Assembly (NCBI GenBank): GCA_038276315.1
Contig: JBBPZY010000151.1
Location: forward strand, 16,659 to 80,658
Length of the DNA stretch: 64,000 nucleotides
Direction: 5' to 3'
Source: Mycobacteriales bacterium
Lineage (GTDB): Bacteria; Actinomycetota; Actinomycetes; Mycobacteriales; Pseudonocardiaceae
The position numbers and the translations under genes are program-made. Shown here in pieces: positions 22,274 to 31,237 of the stretch. Below the pieces are notes generated by a model. The model was not told the origin of the DNA, searched no databases, and saw nothing but the letters and a program-made list of their open reading frames with translations. Within the stretch, counting starts at the first letter, position 1. Each line of letters opens with the position of its first letter.

Positions 22274-22292
22274 TAGTGACACACAGAGTCAC
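22274..22292 (+). promoter_or_regulatory. TAGTGAC motif site 0 (TAGTGAC-N7-GTCAC inverted repeat) in the ctaE / receiver-like divergent region
   Basis: An exact 7-mer shared with sites at 24051, 25317 and 25717. Function unknown. Confidence 0.35.
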
Positions 22293-22429
22293 GCCAAGCG
22301 AGCCGGCCGTTGCGTACGACATCGCCCGTATACCATTGGACTGCCATCCGACCCGCTGATGCCGCGTGGTGCATCCCGCTACCCGCGGGCCGGCCGGGGA
22401 CACCCGACACCGAGGACCTCGATCATTTC

Positions 22430-22846
22430 ATGAATCCCCCGAGCGACACCGCCACCATCCTGGTCTTCAGTCACCGGTCAGAGGTGCGCGAGGCCATCAT
22501 CAACGCTGTTGGGCGGCGCCCTGCAGCGGACGTCGGCCGGGTGAGCTATGTCGAGGCCGCGACGATCGCTGAGGTGCTGACCGAGGTCGACGCGGGTCGC
22601 GTGGATCTGGCGATCCTCGACGGTGAGGCGCAACCGACCGGGGGGATGGGCCTTTCCCGCCAGCTCAAGAACGAGATCGCGCAGTGTCCGCCGGTGATCA
22701 TCGCCGTGCGGCGCAGGGACGACCGTTGGTTGGCAGTGTGGTCGCAGGCCGACGCGGTGATCGTCCATCCACTGGATCCGTTGACCGCAGCTGAGACCGT
22801 GGCCGAGGTGCTTCGCACGCGCCGACCGCAGGCAGCGAACGGCTGA
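22430..22846 (+). CDS. stand-alone receiver-like (pseudo-receiver) domain protein
   Basis: CheY-like alternation of strands and helices, with the central Asp retained (DLAILDGE). The N-terminal acidic pair and the conserved T/S and K are not recognisable. The ATG is at 22430, and the stop is 12 bp before trpD. Confidence 0.65.
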   Translation: MNPPSDTATILVFSHRSEVREAIINAVGRRPAADVGRVSYVEAATIAEVLTEVDAGRVDLAILDGEAQPTGGMGLSRQLKNEIAQCPPVIIAVRRRDDRWLAVWSQADAVIVHPLDPLTAAETVAEVLRTRRPQAANG

Positions 22847-22857
22847 GGCCGCGCAGC

Positions 22858-23919
22858 ATGGTGGCGCCGACCCGTTCCCGCAGCTGGCCAGGGCTGCTCG
22901 GCCAGCTGATCGCCGGCACAGATCTGGATACCCACGATGCCACGTGGGCAATGGACGAAGTGATGTCAGGTCTGGCCACGCCGGCGCAGTTGGCCGCGTT
23001 CGTGGTGGCGCTGCGAATCAAGGGAGAGACTCCGGCGGAGATCGCCGGTCTGGCCGACGGCATGCTGTCGCACGCGTGCCGGGTACACGTCGCACAGCGG
23101 GCAGTCGACGTGGTCGGCACCGGTGGCGACCAAGCACAGACGGTGAACATCTCCACTATGGCCGCGCTGGTGACAGCCGCTGCCGGTGCACCGGTGATCA
23201 AGCACGGCAACCGCGCGGCGTCGTCGCAGTGCGGCGCTGCCGACGTGCTCGAGGCGCTCGGCGTGGCGATCGATCTAGGACCGCATCAGGTAGCACGGTG
23301 CGTCGCCGAGGCGGGGATCGGATTTTGCTTCGCACCGCTTTATCACCCCGCGTTGCGGCACGCAGCCGCGGTGCGACGGGAAATCGGGGTCCCGACGGCC
23401 TTCAACTTTCTCGGTCCACTTGTCAATCCTGCGCAGCCGGGTGCTGCTCTCGTGGGCTGCGCGAATCTTCGGATGGCGCCAGTGATGGCCCAGGTACTCG
23501 CCGATCGTGGCGTAAGCGCCCTGGTAGTCCGTGGCGACGATGGGCTCGACGAGATCACCACCACGACTACTACTTCGGTGTGGGTGGTCGACGGCGGCAC
23601 GGTGCGGCGTGATCAGCTGGAGCCGGCTGCGCTGGGCGTGCCGGTGGCCGGCGGCGAGGAGCTGCGCGGTGGGGATGCAGCGGCCAATGCCGATGCAGTG
23701 CGGCGCCTGCTGGCAGGCGGTCCCGGGCCGATACGAGACGCCGTGCTCCTCAACGCCGGCGCGGCGCTTGTCGCGCACCGGGGTTCGACCAGTGACCTGG
23801 TCGCCGATGTCCGCGAGATGGTCCAGCGCGCCGCCGAGGCCATTGACTCTGGCGCTGCGGCCGCGCTTTTGAAGCGCTGGACGAGGCTAACCGCCGAGCT
23901 GTCCGCCGGTGGTCGCTAA
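22858..23919 (+). CDS. trpD: anthranilate phosphoribosyltransferase
   Basis: 353 aa. VDVVGTGGD and KHGNRAASS motifs. Confidence 0.95.
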   Translation: MVAPTRSRSWPGLLGQLIAGTDLDTHDATWAMDEVMSGLATPAQLAAFVVALRIKGETPAEIAGLADGMLSHACRVHVAQRAVDVVGTGGDQAQTVNISTMAALVTAAAGAPVIKHGNRAASSQCGAADVLEALGVAIDLGPHQVARCVAEAGIGFCFAPLYHPALRHAAAVRREIGVPTAFNFLGPLVNPAQPGAALVGCANLRMAPVMAQVLADRGVSALVVRGDDGLDEITTTTTTSVWVVDGGTVRRDQLEPAALGVPVAGGEELRGGDAAANADAVRRLLAGGPGPIRDAVLLNAGAALVAHRGSTSDLVADVREMVQRAAEAIDSGAAAALLKRWTRLTAELSAGGR

Positions 23920-24050
23920 CCCGGTCGGCGGTACTTGAAGGGCTACCAACTTTGGACGGCGACCGGTGCGCTGTCACGGACCGTACCGGGGATCCCGGAA
24001 AGTATAACGGAGAGTAACTGACATCGGGAAAACCGCACGCCTGGGCGGCT

Positions 24051-24057
24051 TAGTGAC
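24051..24057 (+). promoter_or_regulatory. TAGTGAC motif site 1, 124 nt upstream of the first RipA-like gene
   Basis: Exact 7-mer, followed 9 nt later by GAGTGAA. Confidence 0.35.
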
Positions 24058-24180
24058 GTCATTGGAGTGAAGATCCGCGCCGATGCGTCCTGAGAACCGT
24101 TAGGTGGCATGCGGGGGGACTTCTCCCGTTTGCAGTCACGCCGCCGGACCTTGATGGTCCGAGACAGGAGATGGCCGCGG

Positions 24181-25224
24181 GTGGTGTCTCATCGTCGGAA
24201 CCGCGTGCTTCGTAGCGTGGCGGCTGCCGTGGCCTTCGCTGCCGTGCTGAGCATGCCACCAGCACTCGCGGCTGCTGATCCAGGCCCTGGCCCCGCGCCC
24301 GAGCCTGGCGGGACCGTTGCTCAGGTTCGAGCGTTGAGCCGACAGGCCGAAGTGATCACCGAGCAGTGGAAGCTGGCCACCGACCGGCTGGATGCCCGTC
24401 GGGCCGATGCGGACCGAGCGCATAGCGACGCAGCGAGCGCCACGGCTATCGCCGATCAAGTCCGCGCGGCTCAGAGTTCATTCCGTGCGCAAGTGGATCG
24501 GCTGACCAGCGCCAGCTTTGAGGGTGTTCGAGTCAGCAGCCTGACCGCGATGCTGATCAGTGACTCGCCCCAACAGTTCATCGACCAGATGTCCGCCTTG
24601 GACGTGCTGGCGGCGAGTAACAGGGCAGCGATGGACAAGCTCGCAGCCGCCGTTTCCCGCATCGAGCAGGCCAAGCTCGCTGCCACCGACGCCGAGACAC
24701 GTGCGGCCGTCGCCGAACTCGACGCTGCGCGGATAGCTGGTGACGTAGCCCAGGCTCGGCTTGAAATGGGCCGCCAGATCAATCTGGTGCAGGAACGCCT
24801 CGGCAAGCTCACCTCGGAGGAGTTCTCCCACTACGCCTCCGAAGGGTTCACCGACTATCCGATCGACATAGCCGGTGACACCATCGGGATCAGAGCCCTT
24901 CGGGCTGCCTTAACCAGGCAAGGAGCACCGTATATCTGGGGCGCGGAGGGGCCGACCACTTTCGATTGTTCAGGTCTGGTGATGTGGGCCTACCGTCAGG
25001 TCGGGGTCAGCCTGCCGCGGGTAGCCTACGACCAATCCAGAGTAGGCACCCCGGTGGTCTCCGGCCTGCTACCAGGAGACCTCATCGCGCTGTACTCGCC
25101 GGTAAGCCACATCGGCATTTACGTAGGCAACGGGCTCTACCTCAATGCGCCGCAGAGCGGCGATGTGGTCAAAGTCTCCCGAGTCCCATGGCGGGACGTC
25201 ACGGCAGTCCGCAGGATTGGTTGA
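24181..25224 (+). CDS. RipA-like peptidoglycan endopeptidase (coiled-coil N-terminal domain + NlpC/P60)
   Basis: Signal peptide ...MPPALAAADP, a long Ala/Arg/Gln coiled-coil region, and C-terminal NlpC/P60 (FDCSGLVMWAY...SHIGIYVG). I chose the GTG at 24181 by analogy with the paralogue: both have AGGAGAT(A/G)GCCGCG upstream. Confidence 0.85.
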   Translation: MVSHRRNRVLRSVAAAVAFAAVLSMPPALAAADPGPGPAPEPGGTVAQVRALSRQAEVITEQWKLATDRLDARRADADRAHSDAASATAIADQVRAAQSSFRAQVDRLTSASFEGVRVSSLTAMLISDSPQQFIDQMSALDVLAASNRAAMDKLAAAVSRIEQAKLAATDAETRAAVAELDAARIAGDVAQARLEMGRQINLVQERLGKLTSEEFSHYASEGFTDYPIDIAGDTIGIRALRAALTRQGAPYIWGAEGPTTFDCSGLVMWAYRQVGVSLPRVAYDQSRVGTPVVSGLLPGDLIALYSPVSHIGIYVGNGLYLNAPQSGDVVKVSRVPWRDVTAVRRIG

Positions 25225-25316
25225 TGCCACCGTCCGGGCATCGGGATAAGTGGCGTAACCGGTCCGTCACCGACGTTGCGTCACCCGGCATTGTCAGGGT
25301 CGCCGTCTACCGTCCG

Positions 25317-25331
25317 TAGTGACTAGATCAC
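25317..25331 (+). promoter_or_regulatory. TAGTGAC motif site 2 (GTGA-N5-TCAC), 27 nt upstream of the small Cys-rich ORF
   Basis: Exact 7-mer. Confidence 0.35.
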
Positions 25332-25350
25332 AACAGAGACGGAGCCCGAC

Positions 25351-25635
25351 ATGATCGTAGATTGCGACCGGTGCGTGGTGCGCGGCGTTGCCTGCCAGGA
25401 CTGCGTCATCACCGTGCTGCTCGGAGCCCCCCCGAGCGGCGTGGAGCTGGATGGCACTGAGCAGCTAGCCCTGGACACCTTGGCCGAGGCTGGCATGGTG
25501 CCGCATTTGCAGCTGGTGGATCGGGATGGAGATGGCCAAACGACGGGGAGGGATACCTGCGTTCGGGATCACCTGCGCGATGGCGGTGAGCGGTCCGCAA
25601 CTGACGGTGAACGGTCCCGACGTCACGTCGGCTGA
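25351..25635 (+). CDS. small Cys-rich hypothetical protein (CxxC-x6-CxxC)
   Basis: MIVDCDRCVVRGVACQDCVITVLLG... GGAG lies 7 nt upstream of the ATG. The C-terminal third is low-complexity, so the true length is uncertain. Confidence 0.45.
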   Translation: MIVDCDRCVVRGVACQDCVITVLLGAPPSGVELDGTEQLALDTLAEAGMVPHLQLVDRDGDGQTTGRDTCVRDHLRDGGERSATDGERSRRHVG

Positions 25636-25716
25636 TCGGCCTAGCCGAACTCCGCGCCGGTCACGGTGACGCCCATCGTGCCCAGCGGCCTGTCTGCCCC
25701 ATACCTTGGTCGCCGG

Positions 25717-25735
25717 TAGTGACAAAGTTGGTGAC
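25717..25735 (+). promoter_or_regulatory. TAGTGAC motif site 3 (TAGTGAC-N7-GTGAC), overlapping a possible -35/-10 pair (GTGACA-17 nt-TAATCT, 25719-25747)
   Basis: Exact 7-mer. The promoter reading is only a pattern match. Confidence 0.35.
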
Positions 25736-25821
25736 CTTTCGTAATCTTCCCGAGACTTGCGGTAGGTGCCGTCCGATCTGGATGGCACGGTAGGCGGTCT
25801 AAGAGAGGAGATAGCCGCGAC

Positions 25822-26886
25822 GTGTCGCCGCATCATCAGAAGCGCGTTGTAGTCAGGCGCGGTGTGGGCAAGCGCAGCGTCTCGGCTGTGATGACCACAG
25901 CCATCGTGGTTGCTCTGGTCACTCTGGTGCCCACTCCAGCCACGGCCGACCCCGCGGCGCCCGGAGATGCCGCGCAGCAGCTTTCCGAACTGAATCGGCA
26001 AGCTGAGGTACTCACAGAAAAGTGGCACTACGCCCGCGACCAGTTGAACGCCCGCCGCGCCGATCTCGAACGAGCCAGGGCTGATGCCAACGCGGCTGAG
26101 GCCGCTGCAGAGCGCGCCAGGGCAGTCCAGGGCCAGTACCGCGGTCAAGTGGACAGGCTGACCAACGCCTCATTCCAGGGTGCGCGACTCAACCGGCTGT
26201 CCGCTTTGCTGGTCAGTGACTCCCCCCAGGATTTCCTGGACCAGATGTCGGCGCTGGATATGCTGGCGGTGGATAATAAGCAGGCGTTAGACCGGCTCAC
26301 CGGCGCCGTCGCGCAAACCCAGCATGCAGAGCACTCGACCAGTGACGCAGCGACGCGGGCAACCCAAGCCGAATACGATGCCGCGCGGCTGGAAGGAGAT
26401 CTAACCCGTTCTCGCGCCGAGATGGACCGTCAGATTCAGGTTGTCACGAAGCGCCTCGCGGAGCTGACCCATCAAGAGCGCGCCGTCTACCTCTTCGGCG
26501 GCAACATCCATTTCCCAATGAACCTGATCGGCACCGGTACCGCGGTCCAAGCAGCGCGGATCGCGCTGACCAAGCAAGGCTCGGCGTACGTCTGGGGCGG
26601 CGACGGGCCGATTACATTCGATTGCTCGGGACTGGTGACGTGGGCGTTCGAACAGGCCGGGATGCCCGGGCTGCCGCACTCAGCTGAGGAACAGGCGCGG
26701 ATGGGTCATAGCGTCGATCGTTCCGATCTCCAGCCGGGCGATCTCATCGCTCTATACTCTCCGATCAGCCACATTGGGATCTACGTTGGTGACGGCCTCT
26801 ATGTGAACGCACCACAAAGCGGTGACGTGGTGAAGGTCGTCCCAGTGCCGTGGAGGCAAGTCACCGCGATGAGCCGGATCGGCTGA
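25822..26886 (+). CDS. RipA-like peptidoglycan endopeptidase, second paralogue
   Basis: Same architecture as 24181-25224 (FDCSGLVTWAF...SHIGIYVGDGLYVNAPQSGDVVKV). GAGGAGA lies 9 nt upstream of the GTG. Confidence 0.9.
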   Translation: MSPHHQKRVVVRRGVGKRSVSAVMTTAIVVALVTLVPTPATADPAAPGDAAQQLSELNRQAEVLTEKWHYARDQLNARRADLERARADANAAEAAAERARAVQGQYRGQVDRLTNASFQGARLNRLSALLVSDSPQDFLDQMSALDMLAVDNKQALDRLTGAVAQTQHAEHSTSDAATRATQAEYDAARLEGDLTRSRAEMDRQIQVVTKRLAELTHQERAVYLFGGNIHFPMNLIGTGTAVQAARIALTKQGSAYVWGGDGPITFDCSGLVTWAFEQAGMPGLPHSAEEQARMGHSVDRSDLQPGDLIALYSPISHIGIYVGDGLYVNAPQSGDVVKVVPVPWRQVTAMSRIG

Positions 26887-26935
26887 CCGGCACCGGCTGC
26901 ATGCCGCATGTGACGTCACCGCTACCCTCCGGCTG

Positions 26936-28066
26936 GTGCCACGGATCCTGCTGGTGAGCAACGACTTTCCACCCCGGCCCGGTGGGATCCAAGCGTACCT
27001 GCATCAACTGGCACTGGCGCTGCCTCCGGGCGAGATCGCCGTCTACGCACCGGACTGGCCGGACGCGGCGGCTTTCGACGCGCGACTGCCGTTTCCGGTT
27101 GTCCGGCATCGCGGACCACTCATGATTCCCACACCTGCGGTACTTCGGCGAGCCGCCGGGCTGCTGCGGGAGCTGCACTGCGACACCGCATGGTTCGGCG
27201 CAGCAGCCCCGCTGGCCCTACTGGGCCCGGCATTGCGCCGCGCCGGAGTACGACGAGTGGTGGCTAGCAGTCACGGACACGAGGTGGGCTGGTCGATGGT
27301 GCCTCCTGGGCGGATGGCACTACGCCGGATCGGCGCGGATGCCGACGTGGTCACGGCCGTGAGCCAGTACACCCGTCGCCGGGTTGCTTCGGCGTTCGGA
27401 CCCCGGGCTGCCCTGGAGATCTTGTCGCCCGGCGTGGACTGCGCAGCGTTTCACCCGGATCCAGGGGCGCGGGCGGAGATCCGGCGACGCCACCGGCTGG
27501 GCGATGCCCCGGTAGTGCTGTGCGTGTCTCGGCTGGTGGCTCGCAAGGGGCAAGACATGCTGGTGCAAGCACTACCGGCGATCCGGCGCCAGGTACCGGG
27601 AACTGTGCTCCTGCTCGTCGGAGACGGACCCCGGCGACCAGCTTTGCACCGGCTGGCGGAGTCGGGTGGTGTCGCTGACGCCGTGGTTTGCACCGGAGCA
27701 GTGTCGTGGGCTGAGTTGCCCGCGTACTACGCCGCCGGCGACGTGTTTGCGATGCCCTGCCGGACACGTGGTCACGGGCTGGATGTTGAGGGGTTCGGTC
27801 TGGTGTTCCTCGAGGCCTCGGCTACCGGCTTGCCGTTGGTGGTCGGGGACGCCGGCGGGGCACGGGAGACGGTCCGCGTAGGCGACACCGGCGAACTGGT
27901 GAACGGTCGTGAAGTGGCGGCGGTAACGCGGGCCGTAGCGACCCTGCTCGCCGATCCCGAGGCGGCGGCGGCGATGGGTCGCCGCGGACGACGCTGGATG
28001 CTGCAGAACTGGGACTGGGGTTGCCGCCAGCAGCAGCTGCGGGAGCTGCTACTGGGCGGCTCGTGA
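26936..28066 (+). CDS. pimB: GT4 glycosyltransferase, phosphatidylinositol mannosyltransferase-like (Rv2188c position)
   Basis: ILLVSNDFPPRPGGIQ start and an EGFGLVFLEA motif. Synteny with fadD15. The symbol is assigned by position only. Confidence 0.8.
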   Translation: MPRILLVSNDFPPRPGGIQAYLHQLALALPPGEIAVYAPDWPDAAAFDARLPFPVVRHRGPLMIPTPAVLRRAAGLLRELHCDTAWFGAAAPLALLGPALRRAGVRRVVASSHGHEVGWSMVPPGRMALRRIGADADVVTAVSQYTRRRVASAFGPRAALEILSPGVDCAAFHPDPGARAEIRRRHRLGDAPVVLCVSRLVARKGQDMLVQALPAIRRQVPGTVLLLVGDGPRRPALHRLAESGGVADAVVCTGAVSWAELPAYYAAGDVFAMPCRTRGHGLDVEGFGLVFLEASATGLPLVVGDAGGARETVRVGDTGELVNGREVAAVTRAVATLLADPEAAAAMGRRGRRWMLQNWDWGCRQQQLRELLLGGS

Positions 28067-29875
28067 GTCATAGAGAGCCTCGATCTCGGCGGCGAACTCC
28101 TTGGCTACCACCGCACGCTTGATCTTCAGACTCGGGGTGAGCTGACCGCCGGCCTCGGTGAAGTCACCTGGCAGGATGCGGAACTGGCGGATCGCCTCGG
28201 CACGAGAAACACTCTTGTTCGCATCGTCCACCGCGCGTTGCACCTCGGCGCGCAGATCTGGATCATCGATCAGGTCTGTGGTCGAGATCCCAGCCGGCTT
28301 GCTGTGCTCGACGCACCAGGCCGGGAGCATCTCGGCGTCTAGGGTGATGAGGGCGGCGATGAAGCGCTGCTTGTCGCCCAGGACCATGCATTGGTTGATC
28401 AGTCGATGGGCCCGGATCCGGTCCTCCAACGCTGCCGGGGAGACGTTCTTGCCTGCCGCCGTGACGATGATTTCCTTTTTGCGACCGATAATCCGGAGGA
28501 AGCCGTCCTCATCGAGCTCCCCGAGGTCGCCAGTGCGGAACCAGCCGTCGATGAGGGCTTCCTGGGTTACCTGATCGTTGTGCCAATACCGGCGCAGCAC
28601 ACCGGGGCTTTTGATCAGCACCTCACCGTCATGATCAATCTTGATCGTGACACCGGGCAACGGCTGACCCACAGTGCCGATCTTGCCGTGTTTCTCGGTG
28701 TTCACCGTGGCGGGTGCGCTGGTCTCAGTCAGCCCGTAGCCCTCCAACACCGGCACTCCGACACCGCGGAAAAAATGTCCGAGCCGCTCGCCCAGGGGGG
28801 CGCCACCAGAGACGGCTGCAACACACCGGCCGCCGAGCACTGCCCGCAGTTTGGAGTAGACCAGTTGGTCGAATAAGGCGTGCTTGGCGCGCAAGGCCAG
28901 CCCAGCTCCGCCGGCTTCCAGGGCCCGGCTCCATTCAACGGCGGTGGCAGCGGCGATGTCGAAGATGCGACCCTTGCCGTCGGCATGTGCTTTCTGCCTG
29001 GCCGAGTTGTAGACCTTTTCGAAGACTCGAGGCACGGCCAGTACAAACGTGGGCCGGAAATCAGCCAACTCGGCGACCAGGTTCTTCACATCCGGGGTGT
29101 GGCCGAGGGTGATGCGGGCGTATACACAGCAGCACTGGATGATCCGGGCGAACACGTGCGCCAGCGGCAGGAACAGCAGCAGGGAGTTCGCCGGTTGCAT
29201 CAGGCTGGTGAACTCCGATACCGCGGACCGGGTCACGGCGAGCAGGTTGCGGTGGGTGATTTCGCAGCCCTTCGGTCGGCCCGTGGTCCCTGAGGTGTAG
29301 ATCAGCGTCGCCAAGTCTTCGGCGCCCACCGTGGTGGCGCGTTCGCGCACAGCGCTATCACTGACGTCGGCACCCAGCGCGGTGAGCTGGTCGATCGCGG
29401 CAGCCGGCTTGCCGCTGCCCGTCGTCGGGTCGATCTGCCACACTAGAGCCGGCTCGCCCAACCGATCAAACAAACCCTGGACCATCTCGCGGTGAGCGGG
29501 GCTTTCGACCACGACCGCCTTGGCGCCCGAATCGGAAAGGATCCACTCCACCTGCTCGGCGGAGGATGTCTCATAAACCGGCACCGTGGATCCGCCAGCG
29601 GCCCAGATCGCGTAGTCGAGCAGCGTCCATTCGTAGCGGGTCCTGGACATCAATGCGATGCGATCGCCGCGCTCGATACCTGCTGCGATGAGGCCCTTGG
29701 CCACCGCGACCACCTGGTCGGCGAATTCTTTCGCGGTAATGTCTATCCACCCGCCGTCGACCCGGCGGCGGAAGCTGGCGCTGCCCGCGAAGCGCTCGGC
29801 ATTGGCCCACACAACATCGGTGAGGTTCTCGCCGTCCTCCACCGTCGTGGTGGCGGGAACCGTGAACTCCCGCAC
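28049..29875 (-). CDS. fadD15: long-chain fatty-acid--CoA ligase
   Basis: AMP-binding motif YTSGTTGRPKG plus GWFRTGD. The GTG at 29875 gives VREFTVPA, matching the mycobacterial N-terminus. The ORF track extends to 29917. Confidence 0.9.
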   Translation of the reverse strand: MREFTVPATTTVEDGENLTDVVWANAERFAGSASFRRRVDGGWIDITAKEFADQVVAVAKGLIAAGIERGDRIALMSRTRYEWTLLDYAIWAAGGSTVPVYETSSAEQVEWILSDSGAKAVVVESPAHREMVQGLFDRLGEPALVWQIDPTTGSGKPAAAIDQLTALGADVSDSAVRERATTVGAEDLATLIYTSGTTGRPKGCEITHRNLLAVTRSAVSEFTSLMQPANSLLLFLPLAHVFARIIQCCCVYARITLGHTPDVKNLVAELADFRPTFVLAVPRVFEKVYNSARQKAHADGKGRIFDIAAATAVEWSRALEAGGAGLALRAKHALFDQLVYSKLRAVLGGRCVAAVSGGAPLGERLGHFFRGVGVPVLEGYGLTETSAPATVNTEKHGKIGTVGQPLPGVTIKIDHDGEVLIKSPGVLRRYWHNDQVTQEALIDGWFRTGDLGELDEDGFLRIIGRKKEIIVTAAGKNVSPAALEDRIRAHRLINQCMVLGDKQRFIAALITLDAEMLPAWCVEHSKPAGISTTDLIDDPDLRAEVQRAVDDANKSVSRAEAIRQFRILPGDFTEAGGQLTPSLKIKRAVVAKEFAAEIEALYDSRAAQ

Positions 29876-29957
29876 GGGTACCTCCGAAGCTCGGCTTTCT
29901 CCAGTACTACTCGGCAACGTATCGCGCCCGTACCAGCGCCGGGTAGCCTGCCTGATC

Positions 29958-30746
29958 GTGCGGGTCCACGTGGTGTCCGACGTGCACGGTAACGTGGACG
30001 CCCTGGCCAGGGCGGGCGCTGGCGCTGATGCGCTGCTGGTGCTCGGGGATCTGATCGACTTCGTGAACTACCACGACCACTCCGCTGGCATTCTGGGTTC
30101 GGTGTTCGGGCCTGCTGCGGTAAGCCGGTTCGCGGAACTGCGCTCTGGTGGGGCACCGGGCGAGGCGTACGCGTTCGTGCGGCAGCTGTGGAGCCAGGTG
30201 CCAGATTCCCGCGATGTCGTCCGTGAGGCCATCGTCGAGCAGTATGAGCGGCTGTTCGCGGTACTGCCCAGCCCGGCGTACGTCACTCCCGGCAATGTGG
30301 ACCTGCCCGAGCTGTGGCCGCGGTTCGCGCGCTCGGGAGTACACCTGCTCGACGGGCAGACCGTCGAGATCGGCGGTCTACGCTGCGGTTTCGTGGGCGG
30401 AGCCCTATTACCGGACGGAGTCGCCCCGCGGCGCGACCCGGTCTTTCGCTCTTACCTGCGTACTCCGCAGCAGTACGCAGGGGCGGTCTCTGCCCTCGGG
30501 CGCGTGGACATGCTATGCAGCCACATTCCACCCGCGGTTCCTGAGCTGCTCTACGACGTGCAGGCCCGACGGCCCGAGCTCGGCTCCGAGCAGTTGCTGA
30601 TGGTGATCTATCGGGATCGGCCGCGTATCGCGGTGTTCGGGCACGTGCATCAGCCGCTGGCCCGGCGGGTCCGGGTGGGCCGGACCGAATGCGTCAATGT
30701 GGGGCATTTCCAGCGGACGGGAGCGCCGTACGTGTTGCGATGGTGA
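29958..30746 (+). CDS. metallophosphoesterase
   Basis: VRVHVVSDVHGN...LVLGDLID...GNVD...GHVH motifs. Upstream of the GTG at 29958, the ORF-track extension is antisense to fadD15. Confidence 0.8.
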   Translation: MRVHVVSDVHGNVDALARAGAGADALLVLGDLIDFVNYHDHSAGILGSVFGPAAVSRFAELRSGGAPGEAYAFVRQLWSQVPDSRDVVREAIVEQYERLFAVLPSPAYVTPGNVDLPELWPRFARSGVHLLDGQTVEIGGLRCGFVGGALLPDGVAPRRDPVFRSYLRTPQQYAGAVSALGRVDMLCSHIPPAVPELLYDVQARRPELGSEQLLMVIYRDRPRIAVFGHVHQPLARRVRVGRTECVNVGHFQRTGAPYVLRW

Positions 30747-30784
30747 CCCCTGCCGGTGGCGACGTGCCGGGTAGCCTGCGCGGC

Positions 30785-31219
30785 ATGCCCGACCAGTCAA
30801 CCCAGTCCATCATCATCAACGCCGAGCCTCAGGCGATCATGGACGTGATTGCCGATTTCTCCGCCTACCCGCAATGGGCGTTGGCAGTGAAGAAGGCCGA
30901 GGTGGTGATCCCCGGCGGCGATGACCGCGCGGAGCGGGTCCGATTCTCGCTGGACGCCGGTCTGATCAAAGACGAATACGTGCTTGATTACGTCTGGTCT
31001 TTGGACGGGCTGACGGTCGCCTGGGAACTGGTCGAGGGACAGCTGCAGAAGGCGCAGCACGGCTCCTACGTGCTGGAGCCCGCCGGCGCGGCGACCAACG
31101 TGACCTATAGCCTCACGGTCGACCTCGCGATTCCCATGATCGGAATGATCAAGCGAAAGGCCGAGAAGGTCATCATGGACACCGCATTGAAGGAGCTTAA
31201 GCGCCGGGTAGAGGCTTGA
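30785..31219 (+). CDS. SRPBCC-family (polyketide cyclase/dehydrase-like) protein, TB16.3-like
   Basis: 144 aa from the ATG at 30785. INAEPQAIMDVIADFSAYPQW. Confidence 0.85.
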   Translation: MPDQSTQSIIINAEPQAIMDVIADFSAYPQWALAVKKAEVVIPGGDDRAERVRFSLDAGLIKDEYVLDYVWSLDGLTVAWELVEGQLQKAQHGSYVLEPAGAATNVTYSLTVDLAIPMIGMIKRKAEKVIMDTALKELKRRVEA

Positions 31220-31237
31220 ATTCCCGTGTGCTGAGGG

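Noticed and set aside
29658-29957. N-terminal extension of the metallophosphoesterase ORF
   Set aside because: It is antisense to the fadD15 5' end. The conserved D-x-H motif lies immediately after the GTG at 29958.
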